Part shown: positions 18,656 to 26,641 of the stretch, one piece after another
Layout: each line of letters opens with the position of its first letter
Position numbering within the stretch: the first letter of the stretch is position 1
IMG/VR virus record: IMGVR_UViG_3300021085_000042
Span: 1 to 53,295 of that record
DNA: 53,295 nt
Strand: one strand, 5' to 3'
Origin: a virus
Taxonomy: Duplodnaviria > Caudoviricetes
Made by a program: the position numbers and the translations under genes
The notes under the pieces: model-generated
Told to the model about the DNA's origin: nothing
The model's database searches: none
The model's input: the letters and a program-made list of their open reading frames with translations, nothing else

Positions 18656-19885
18656 TTACTTCTGCCAGCCCTTAATAAATTCGTCTGAGAAATTTGCTTT
18701 AGAAAATCCCATTCTATCTACAAGCTTAACTGCATTCTTACCCATCCTATCAATTGCAACAAAGCCTTCTTGTTCTGTGACTTTGTATCCATCTTTTGTT
18801 CTTAAGAACGTACCTATGGATTTTGCTTTATCCAGTTTAGTAATGATAAGTAGTTTTACTTCAACGATCATATTATACAATTCAAACAATGCAACAATCT
18901 GAGACTTATCGATATTTGAAAAGTATGACATTACATCTTTTCGTCTCTCTGTCTTACTAGCTTTGCCCTTTTCAGATTTCATCTTATCAATTTCTTTTTG
19001 GTAATACTCGTACATCCAGTCTACCATGTCAGTGACGAACTTAGAAGGATTTGCAATCTTTTCACCTGCACGTACTTTTACGTTCAGATATGTTTTAACT
19101 CTTGTAAGCAGTTCTTCGTTCTCTGTTATGCCATCAAACGTTGCTTTGTTTACTTTATTAAACTGTTTACCAGCGGCAGATAATAGTAGAGTAATTGCAT
19201 CTGTCTCTGTCTGTGTCATTGTGGCATTACCACTCACATCTTTATATACTGCGTCTACTGACCAGACCGATCTCGTGTCTTTGAGATTGCTTGCGATCTT
19301 CTCTCCAAAAGACGCTGACATTGATTCAAAAGATTTTCCTCTGTAGTTAGTGTGCCAAACCACACCGATCTCGGATCTGAGGATTTTAGTAGCAAGTGGG
19401 CTTTTCGCTGGTATAGCGTAAACAATCGTATTAGGATGAAAAGTAATATACGATTCACCATCAATCTGTACTTTCTTAATATCTTTCTTCGCATAGAGGA
19501 AATCACCTTGTATCACTCCTTTAATATTCATAGATGGCAGATGTTTCAGTGCCAAATTTAATTTAATATTCAAATCACCTTTTGTATCAGCATCAACATC
19601 CGCTTTAGTCTTATAGACCTTAGGGTTCTTATTGAAGATACCTTTCTTCGCAACGAAGAACTTACCATCAGAAGGATCAATACCTGCAAACACTGCTGGT
19701 GCTCCATCCCATTTGACAGTCACATTAACTGCGGAACGAGATTTACCTGCCAACATATCACGTAGAGATCGTAGATAGTTTATAGACTGTCTTGCTCCAT
19801 CAACGCCTGCATTTAGCAAGTTATCTTCGAGGTGCTCCATGTGAGTGTTTTTAGCTTCAGTTAAAAATGATGAAAGGCGTTGCAT
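18656..19885 (-). CDS. DUF6267-like protein with ligase-type KxDG motif
   Basis: MQRLSSFLTE-AKNTHMEHLED, TVKWDGAPA, QGDFLY, EGFVA, VKLVDRMGFS resemble nucleotidyltransferase motifs I, III, IV, V. Confidence 0.65.
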   Translation of the reverse strand: MQRLSSFLTEAKNTHMEHLEDNLLNAGVDGARQSINYLRSLRDMLAGKSRSAVNVTVKWDGAPAVFAGIDPSDGKFFVAKKGIFNKNPKVYKTKADVDADTKGDLNIKLNLALKHLPSMNIKGVIQGDFLYAKKDIKKVQIDGESYITFHPNTIVYAIPAKSPLATKILRSEIGVVWHTNYRGKSFESMSASFGEKIASNLKDTRSVWSVDAVYKDVSGNATMTQTETDAITLLLSAAGKQFNKVNKATFDGITENEELLTRVKTYLNVKVRAGEKIANPSKFVTDMVDWMYEYYQKEIDKMKSEKGKASKTERRKDVMSYFSNIDKSQIVALFELYNMIVEVKLLIITKLDKAKSIGTFLRTKDGYKVTEQEGFVAIDRMGKNAVKLVDRMGFSKANFSDEFIKGWQK

Positions 19886-19886
19886 T

Positions 19887-20690
19887 CTATGCTCCAAATA
19901 ATTTCTTTACGTCTTCAGAATTATCGAGGCTATACTTAGACTTGATATTAGTCTTCAATCTGCCTTGACAACGATATCCAGCACCGACAACACGATAGTC
20001 TTCACCTTCAAATTTTCTTGCTTTACTTCCAGATGGTCCCAATCTGAATTCGATATTAACAGATCCTTTGTATTCTGGAACATCTAATTTTAAAGGATTG
20101 CTTCCTAGATAAAAAAGACCTGCTTTACCAATCTGAATGTAATATACGTTCTTTCGGTTATATGCTTTAGCGATTGTTTTCGCTGAGTCAAAAGACTGTA
20201 TCGCATTCATCTTAGTTAAGTAGCCAGCTTTCTGTGCCGCTGACCATGCGTCTTTAGTGACTGAACCGAAAGGTATCGTATATGGTGTTTTTTTGTGGAA
20301 TGCTACAGGCTCTTGCTTACGAATAAAGTTAACCCAATCTTTTAGTGCTTTGTCTTGTTTCTTTGCCGCTTCTATGAAAAATGGAATAGCGTCATCGTCT
20401 ACCGCATCGGGTTTGACTAAAGTGTGGGTCTTATTCTGAGTGTCTATTCTAATAGACGTACCGCCCATCTGAGCATTCTTATCTAATTTAATTTCGATAT
20501 TGAATTCTTTACCGTTGTATAATGCTTCAATATCACCTGCACCTTGATTACTGTATCCTGCACCTGGCTTACTGCCGACATCTAATCCAATCACACCAGC
20601 AGATTTCATTGCATCGAAGACCTTTTTTTCGTATGCTAGTCCTTTTGCACCGACTGATTCGGTAATGAAACTTTTAAATCTAACTGTCAT
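19887..20690 (-). CDS. PD-(D/E)xK nuclease-fold protein
   Basis: GLAYEKKV...GAGDI...NIEIK; MTVRFKSFITE N-terminus. Confidence 0.6.
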   Translation of the reverse strand: MTVRFKSFITESVGAKGLAYEKKVFDAMKSAGVIGLDVGSKPGAGYSNQGAGDIEALYNGKEFNIEIKLDKNAQMGGTSIRIDTQNKTHTLVKPDAVDDDAIPFFIEAAKKQDKALKDWVNFIRKQEPVAFHKKTPYTIPFGSVTKDAWSAAQKAGYLTKMNAIQSFDSAKTIAKAYNRKNVYYIQIGKAGLFYLGSNPLKLDVPEYKGSVNIEFRLGPSGSKARKFEGEDYRVVGAGYRCQGRLKTNIKSKYSLDNSEDVKKLFGA

Positions 20691-21742
20691 TTTTTAACCT
20701 TGAATTTAGTATCGTTTGGGTATTCACCAGCTTTAGAATTTCTTAACTCAATTACATAGTCTTCAACAGTGTTACTACATAATATCGTAATCTGCTTAGA
20801 TTTTGTAGATGGATATCTTATATCATCAATTTTTATGTTTTGTGATAACTTATCCAATTTAGTTTTACCTAACCAGAAGACTTTCCACCCAGTTCTCATT
20901 CGCCTTACGTAGAAGTAATTCATACCCCACGCTCTGTTGAAAATCTTTTCGATTTCTCTTGCATTGGCTCTAGGTACTGCGAGTTTCGGTCTAACTTTAT
21001 TTATACTTCCTCGTTCATCAAAACCAGCTTGCACTTTATTCAGATCAACTCCAAATGTTTTGAGAAAGGTCGCTCCGGCAGAGTTTGGCTGAAGATTGCC
21101 TTCTCTATCAAACAAAGATGCGGCACCAGAATAAGAACTAAACGTATTACCGTTTATATCTTTGAGCGATATGTACCAAGGGTTTCCTTGATTATCAGTC
21201 AATATGATATCACCGATAATAGCACCAAGCTTGTCTATGGGTATGCCTTCTTTCTTGGTAGCACCAGTTCTTTGTACAGCACCAACGATTTCCGCATTGG
21301 CAAAGGGAGCGTGTGACTCACTCATCATGGTCACGACTTCAGAGGTTTCATTGTCTGTACGAGTTTTGAAATAGTTGTCTAATGTCTTGACAGTTCTTAC
21401 TTCAAACTTCTCGCCAGCATTCGCACCTCTCGCTATGATAATGTCAAACTTTAGACCGTCAAACGTGAAACTGTAACTAGGGAACTTAGAACTATTTGGA
21501 GATATGGAATTAAACGTTACACTCTCAAGGCTAGTATCTTTTCGCAACTGCATCTTCAGATGATCTATCAATTCCTTGCTAGTATCATTATCTTTATTGA
21601 TAAGTTGAAGCCTAAACTCCCGAACAGACTTGTCGTTTGTTCCTGGTTTGCCTTTTGGATAAAGAGGAGCAACCTGATAGTTCTTTATCTTTACGATAGA
21701 GTTCAGGTTCTCTCCAATTTTTTCGTATACTTCCATACTCAT
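20687..21742 (-). CDS. PD-(D/E)xK-like protein
   Basis: GEKFE...IGDIIL...YISLK; CATAAATA late-like promoter at 21770-21777. Confidence 0.5.
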   Translation of the reverse strand: MSMEVYEKIGENLNSIVKIKNYQVAPLYPKGKPGTNDKSVREFRLQLINKDNDTSKELIDHLKMQLRKDTSLESVTFNSISPNSSKFPSYSFTFDGLKFDIIIARGANAGEKFEVRTVKTLDNYFKTRTDNETSEVVTMMSESHAPFANAEIVGAVQRTGATKKEGIPIDKLGAIIGDIILTDNQGNPWYISLKDINGNTFSSYSGAASLFDREGNLQPNSAGATFLKTFGVDLNKVQAGFDERGSINKVRPKLAVPRANAREIEKIFNRAWGMNYFYVRRMRTGWKVFWLGKTKLDKLSQNIKIDDIRYPSTKSKQITILCSNTVEDYVIELRNSKAGEYPNDTKFKVKK

Positions 21743-21783
21743 GTGATAGTAGATTCCTCTTGTTTCTACTATTTATGAGCGAG

Positions 21784-22206
21784 TCATTTAGCCATTCTTG
21801 CTATTTCTATTGCTTGTTCTTGGTTCGTAATAGGTACTGCGTTTGACTTATGCATGGTGGCAATTCCGACAATGTAGTTTCCTGTGTAGACTGGAGACTC
21901 TTTTCTTCTTCCTGACTCTGGGACTCCATGAACTGGGCTCTTCGTCTGGCTTGGTATCTTAATCTGTTTTGGAACTGTTGTCGTCGGTTCATATGGTACA
22001 AATTTCCTTTTCTTTGGCTTTAGTTTACCAGATATATATGCAACATATTCATCTAGCGTATCGAACTGACATGAGTGCATATGTTTACGTCTCATCTCTT
22101 TATTGTACTGTCTCCATTGAATCTCCGCTTTTACCATGTCGAGTTTCTTCGCTTTGCGCTTCTTCGATCTTGGAGCGTAAACACCTTTAATCATATGCAT
22201 ACTCAT
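21784..22206 (-). CDS. Conserved basic hypothetical protein
   Basis: YTG...GIATMHKSNAVPI...A.EIARM C-terminus typical of T4-like marine phages. Confidence 0.6.
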   Translation of the reverse strand: MSMHMIKGVYAPRSKKRKAKKLDMVKAEIQWRQYNKEMRRKHMHSCQFDTLDEYVAYISGKLKPKKRKFVPYEPTTTVPKQIKIPSQTKSPVHGVPESGRRKESPVYTGNYIVGIATMHKSNAVPITNQEQAIEIARMAK

Positions 22207-22215
22207 TGAGTACAC

Positions 22216-22554
22216 TCAGTTGATTGGATGATTTTTTCTTCTATAGCCATAATATACATACCTCAAGTGATCTAAACCCGTCTGGGTATTTTTAGGATAC
22301 TCACCATTGAACTCGGCTTTCAGTAAGTCTTGTTCACTGATCAATTGCTTATAATTATGCACTATTTCTGTCCAATTGTCAAGCATTTTCTTTGACAATT
22401 TTTCAAGGTAGCTTTCTGATAATATTGGATCTTTTTCAACGTTCTTTGCGTATTGAGCCATTATGTATATGGGTACTGTTGAACTGATGCATCCATCAGC
22501 AAGTTCCATAGCCTCAATGTCCAGAAAGACTCCTTCGGTTGGAGTCATTACCAT
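22216..22554 (-). CDS. Hypothetical protein resembling an isolated NAD-ligase domain Ia
   Basis: YIMAQYA...KDPILSESYLEKLSKKM. Confidence 0.45.
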   Translation of the reverse strand: MVMTPTEGVFLDIEAMELADGCISSTVPIYIMAQYAKNVEKDPILSESYLEKLSKKMLDNWTEIVHNYKQLISEQDLLKAEFNGEYPKNTQTGLDHLRYVYYGYRRKNHPIN

Positions 22555-22608
22555 GAATAATAGTCCTTATATAGTTTCGTGGTGATGATATTTAGTATTA
22601 CAAAAAGA

Positions 22609-22637
22609 TTGACACGGGTTTTCGAAATGTATAAATA
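22609..22637 (+). promoter_or_regulatory. Plus-strand promoter (late TATAAATA, with TTGACA upstream)
   Basis: TTGACA 22609-22614; TATAAATA 22630-22637. Confidence 0.65.
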
Positions 22638-22642
22638 GACGC

Positions 22643-22798
22643 ATGGGTGCGTGTGAATGTGTAACAACACAAGAGGCAAGTGTGATCGTTTTTAAACAAC
22701 TCACAGAAGGAATAACTGGGGTAGCATCTCGTATGCAGGTGGGGTTCCTCCCAGTCACGCAAACTATTTAGAAAAGGCAGCTTTTAGTTGCCTTTTTT
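22643..22798 (+). ncRNA. Candidate structured small RNA (alternatively a leaderless 42-codon ORF)
   Basis: Bounded by promoter and terminator; nested stems TGCGTG/CACGCA, TGTGA/TCACA, ACTGGG/CCCAGT, GCAT/ATGC. Confidence 0.5.
22772..22798 (+). terminator. Intrinsic terminator, probably bidirectional
   Basis: AAAAGGCAGC-TTTTA-GTTGCCTTTTTT; the G-U pair forms on the plus strand. Confidence 0.75.
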
Positions 22799-23189
22799 AT
22801 TGGGCAGATTCCTTACTAACTTTCGTCTGATAATCTTTTACGGCAGTCTTTATAGCATCTTCTGCAAGGACTGAACAGTGAATCTTTACTGGTGGGAGAG
22901 CAAGTTCTTCGGCTAGTTGTGTATTCTTAACCTGACTTGCATCCTCAAGATTCATGCCTTTGACCCACTCAGTCAGAAGACTAGAAGACGCAATAGCACT
23001 ACCGCATCCATAAGTCTTAAACTTGGCATCAGTAATAATGTTGTTTTCTACCTTAATTTGAAGTCGCATAACGTCTCCACATGCAGGTGCTCCAACCATA
23101 CCAGTGCCTACATTAGGATCGTTCTCGTCCATCTTGCCGACATTTCTGGGATTCTCATAATGATCTAATACTTGCTTACTGTATGCCAT
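22797..23189 (-). CDS. iscU: Fe-S cluster scaffold IscU
   Basis: YSKQVLDHYENPRNVG, GAPACGDVM, FKTYGCGSAIASSS, LPPVKIHCS. Confidence 0.95.
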   Translation of the reverse strand: MAYSKQVLDHYENPRNVGKMDENDPNVGTGMVGAPACGDVMRLQIKVENNIITDAKFKTYGCGSAIASSSLLTEWVKGMNLEDASQVKNTQLAEELALPPVKIHCSVLAEDAIKTAVKDYQTKVSKESAQ

Positions 23190-23211
23190 AAGGCACCGGC
23201 ACCTCTATTAG

Positions 23212-23391
23212 CTACTGAGTGGATTCTTTAACGAAGAAATTTGGTATGTGACCATCGAAGCCACTACCAGAGTTTAACAGCACTTTCATTCGTTCTGCTT
23301 CTTTAGCACTAGTCGTAACGAATACGTTCAATCCAGAAGACTTCTCTAGCACGTGAAACTCTTTATTAACCTTATCTACAAGGTAGAGCAT
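23212..23391 (-). CDS. Small hypothetical protein, 59 aa
   Basis: Hand translation MLYLVDKVNKEFHVLEKSSG...LNSGSGFDGHIPNFFVKESTQ; TAATG coupling. Confidence 0.65.
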   Translation of the reverse strand: MLYLVDKVNKEFHVLEKSSGLNVFVTTSAKEAERMKVLLNSGSGFDGHIPNFFVKESTQ

Positions 23392-23717
23392 TACTTATTC
23401 TCTAGCTTCTTGATTCTTTCATCCAACTCGGGCCATACATCAAACTCATGTAACTCTTTACATGGATGGCTATTTTTCTCTAGATCAGCAATTCTGGCTT
23501 CTAGTGCGTCTATCTTTTTAGATACATTAGGATACTTGGTTTTCCATGCAATATTCTCTTTGTCAAGAATATCGATACCATACCTCTCTGTTGCCCAATC
23601 TGCAATATCATCGAATTTGTTATAACACCAAATTCCAGCTCTTGTGTCTTTGAACCATTTAGTCGATGCGGCACCCAATAGTGATCCCGCAACACTGCTT
23701 ACTATCCACAACCACAT
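23391..23717 (-). CDS. Hypothetical protein with N-terminal hydrophobic segment
   Basis: MWLWIVSSVAGSLLGAA; AGGAG RBS. Confidence 0.6.
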   Translation of the reverse strand: MWLWIVSSVAGSLLGAASTKWFKDTRAGIWCYNKFDDIADWATERYGIDILDKENIAWKTKYPNVSKKIDALEARIADLEKNSHPCKELHEFDVWPELDERIKKLENK

Positions 23718-23728
23718 ACAATTCTCTC

Positions 23729-23809
23729 CTAGCTTAAATACTTGTTTACTAATCTATGCAATCTACCACTCTTCATTAATGAATGAAATCTATTCCAATA
23801 TCCTATCAT
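23729..23809 (-). CDS. Possible 26-aa peptide
   Basis: MIGYWNRFHSLMKSGRLHRLVNKYLS fills the gap; AAGGA upstream. Confidence 0.4.
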   Translation of the reverse strand: MIGYWNRFHSLMKSGRLHRLVNKYLS

Positions 23810-23816
23810 AATTCCT

Positions 23817-25250
23817 TTATTTAAATCCGCCAAAGTTTGGTTTTTTATCTCCGGCTCGTTTTCTGTAAGATATAACACTATCGTTATTACCCTCTTTCTT
23901 TTCATCTTTCATACGACTAGCAAAGTTACCTTTATCTGCAACAGGAGTATCATCAACTAAGTTTTGCGCTGATTCTTCAGTATCAAACAACTTCATTTTA
24001 GATCGATCAATTCCTATTACAAAACGTTTCAGATAGTTTGTGTCGCCCCACCTGTTCTTCAATTGCTTTACCATAAGTTGTCCTAAACCCTCTAACTCTT
24101 CAGTAGAGATTAGACCAAACATAAAGTCAGCAGTAGCAGGTAGACCAAAAGACTCAGAAGTATCTTCTAAGTTTAAGTCTGAACTACTATAACCAGTACG
24201 AGTTGTCTGTGTCGCACTTAAGATTGGCACATTAAACTCTACAGCTAAACCCCGTAGTTCTTCTGCAATTGCCTTAATCAAAGTGTATGAGTTGACATTT
24301 GCACCTGCTTTCATTCTTGAACTCGTACATATATTTAGATAATCTATATAGACGATATCTGGGTGAAAGTTCTTTTTTAGCTTTAATTCATTCAAAAGGT
24401 GTCTAAAATGTGCAGAACCTGCACTGGCTGTGGGATACTCTTTGACGATCAACTTGCCAGTTGTCTTGCCTTTCACTCTATTAACTCGCTTCATGTATAC
24501 ATCTTTAGGTATTTCTTGAAGTGCATCAATTGTAGTGTTTAGTAGATTAGCGTCAATACGTTCAGCAATCTTTTCTTCTGCCATCTCCATAGTAATGTAT
24601 AGAACATTTTTGCCGTCCATAAGATTGGCTGCCGCACAATGAGTCATGAACAATGTCTTACCAACACCGGTACCTGCGAGAGCAATACTCAGAGATTTAC
24701 GAGACAAGCCACCTTTAGTGATCTTATTGAATAAGTCTAAGTCAAACGAAACTTTGTCTTCTTTCGTATGATAAAACTCATATCGATCTTCTGGTTGTTC
24801 GAGAAAGTCGTGACCGATATTCTGATCAAAAGATACACCAAGTGCCTTAGTTAATAGATCAGGAATAGAACCCTTATCTAAATCATTGTGATTGCCATCT
24901 AACACAAGAATGGATTCACGAACAGCATTAAAGACTGCCTTGTCTTGGCAGAACTTTTCAGTCTTATCTACGATCCACTCTAAGTCAGTTTTAGGATCGT
25001 AATCTAGACCTTCAATCATCTCAACTATAGTGGTGTACTGGTCGTCTGATATATTACTTTTTTCATCAATAGCAATCTTTAAGGCGCTTTTTGTTGGTAC
25101 ACTGTTGTAGTCTGAGATATACTGTGTTATTGTTTTAAACACCATTTTCTCAGTGAAGTCACCGAAGTATTCTTCACTAAGAAATGGTATAACTCTACGC
25201 ATGTAATCTTCATTATGTAAGAGTCCCGCAAGAACGGTGTTTTCAATCAT
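23817..25250 (-). CDS. gp41: Replicative helicase gp41
   Basis: AGTGVGKT, ITMEMAEEKIAERID, IDYLNIC, TSESFGLPATAD. Confidence 0.95.
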   Translation of the reverse strand: MIENTVLAGLLHNEDYMRRVIPFLSEEYFGDFTEKMVFKTITQYISDYNSVPTKSALKIAIDEKSNISDDQYTTIVEMIEGLDYDPKTDLEWIVDKTEKFCQDKAVFNAVRESILVLDGNHNDLDKGSIPDLLTKALGVSFDQNIGHDFLEQPEDRYEFYHTKEDKVSFDLDLFNKITKGGLSRKSLSIALAGTGVGKTLFMTHCAAANLMDGKNVLYITMEMAEEKIAERIDANLLNTTIDALQEIPKDVYMKRVNRVKGKTTGKLIVKEYPTASAGSAHFRHLLNELKLKKNFHPDIVYIDYLNICTSSRMKAGANVNSYTLIKAIAEELRGLAVEFNVPILSATQTTRTGYSSSDLNLEDTSESFGLPATADFMFGLISTEELEGLGQLMVKQLKNRWGDTNYLKRFVIGIDRSKMKLFDTEESAQNLVDDTPVADKGNFASRMKDEKKEGNNDSVISYRKRAGDKKPNFGGFK

Positions 25251-26328
25251 TCGCTACTGTCTCCTCGTCAGCGATTTCAATTTGAGAATCATCATTGATG
25301 AGACCCGCACTAGAAGCAATAGTATACACCTTTTCGATGTGTTTGGCAAGACTTGTTTTCTCAAACATCATTAACCAGAAATCTTTATTATCTACGATCT
25401 CTTTTGCCCGCATCATCTTATCACTCAGAACTTCACCAGTCTCTGGATTAAGGGCTTCATACCAACCAACTTTTGGCTTATGTACATAGCCAGCTTTCTC
25501 TGCAACTTCTAGTAGTCCAGACCACTTCATGATACCACCATCAAAAGTAACAGTAATAGGGATCTGAGACTTCTCACGCACATGTCGAGACTTTTCGATA
25601 TTGACTACAAAGTGGTAGCCCTTGATCTCAGTACCTTCTTTCTCTTGTCTACGTCCGATGATCCAAATAGCATCAGCAGAATAGTAAGCACCAGTACCGC
25701 CAGACACGATGTCTTTAGGGAACATGCCAATTTCTTTGTAAGTGTGATTCACACAGATCAAAGGAATGTCTTTTAGATTGAGATGAGGTGTTACAATACG
25801 AAACAGAGATTTCATCTGCTTTGCACGTGACATATCTGCCACAGACTTACCGTCTAGTGCATCATCAACTTCTTTCTTAGATGCTAAGTTACCAATAGAA
25901 TCGATTACAATACAGACGTTATCTTTCTTCTCTAAGTCATTCAACTGATTAGTGATATCAAACTTTAACTGCTCGACATCTGTAATCGGTGTGTGAATAA
26001 CACGATCCATATCAATACCAAAAGACTTGAAGTATTCTGGTGGTGTACCAAACTCTGAATCATAAAACAGTATAACACTGTCTTTATATTTCTTTTGATG
26101 AGCGGCAGCCATCAGCAATGCGAATGCTGATTTGAAGTGCTTAGATGGACCAGCTAACATTAGCAAGCCTGGACTTAGTCCACCATCTAGTTTGCCTGAC
26201 AGTGCAACGTTTACCATAGGTACAGACGTTGGTGCCATATCTTTCTTACCAAAGACTTTTGAGTCCATGATAGGAGCGGTCGACTTGATAGTCGAGTTCT
26301 TTGCGAGTTTTTCCATTAAGGATGACAT
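25243..26328 (-). CDS. uvsX: RecA-like recombinase
   Basis: AGPSKHFKS, FYDSEFG, DSIGNLASKKE. Confidence 0.95.
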   Translation of the reverse strand: MSSLMEKLAKNSTIKSTAPIMDSKVFGKKDMAPTSVPMVNVALSGKLDGGLSPGLLMLAGPSKHFKSAFALLMAAAHQKKYKDSVILFYDSEFGTPPEYFKSFGIDMDRVIHTPITDVEQLKFDITNQLNDLEKKDNVCIVIDSIGNLASKKEVDDALDGKSVADMSRAKQMKSLFRIVTPHLNLKDIPLICVNHTYKEIGMFPKDIVSGGTGAYYSADAIWIIGRRQEKEGTEIKGYHFVVNIEKSRHVREKSQIPITVTFDGGIMKWSGLLEVAEKAGYVHKPKVGWYEALNPETGEVLSDKMMRAKEIVDNKDFWLMMFEKTSLAKHIEKVYTIASSAGLINDDSQIEIADEETVAND

Positions 26329-26368
26329 TTATAATTCTCCATTGTTTAGATTTTGTTTCATTGCGCCT

Positions 26369-26397
26369 ATTATAGCATCAACCCGTGTATATGTCAA
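26369..26397 (-). promoter_or_regulatory. Sigma70-type promoter for uvsX
   Basis: TTGACA-N17-TATAAT. Confidence 0.75.
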
Positions 26398-26641
26398 ACA
26401 GTTTCTTTTCAAATTGTTCAATCTTTCCTGTACGATTAGGCCAAAGAATATATTCTTTCTCTGGGTTTGCCTTAAGGCTATTAAGTAGTGGACTAATAGA
26501 GTTATACAACTTGTCCAACTTCGTTTGTAATTGATCAGCAGTGCCACTTGTCTCTGTGATCTGAATGTTTGCTTTTTGTACCGCTTCTAGTTCTGTTTCA
26601 TCGACTGCGGTAAAGCCGAAATCAAATATATCGTCTGTCAT
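26378..26641 (-). CDS. Conserved hypothetical protein
   Basis: FDFGFTAVDE...NPEKEYILWPNR; ATGA overlap with gp43. Confidence 0.7.
   Translation of the reverse strand: MTDDIFDFGFTAVDETELEAVQKANIQITETSGTADQLQTKLDKLYNSISPLLNSLKANPEKEYILWPNRTGKIEQFEKKLFDIYTG

Noticed and set aside
22567-22758. 63-aa minus-strand ORF
   Set aside because: No RBS; overlaps divergent promoters and the better-supported plus-strand unit
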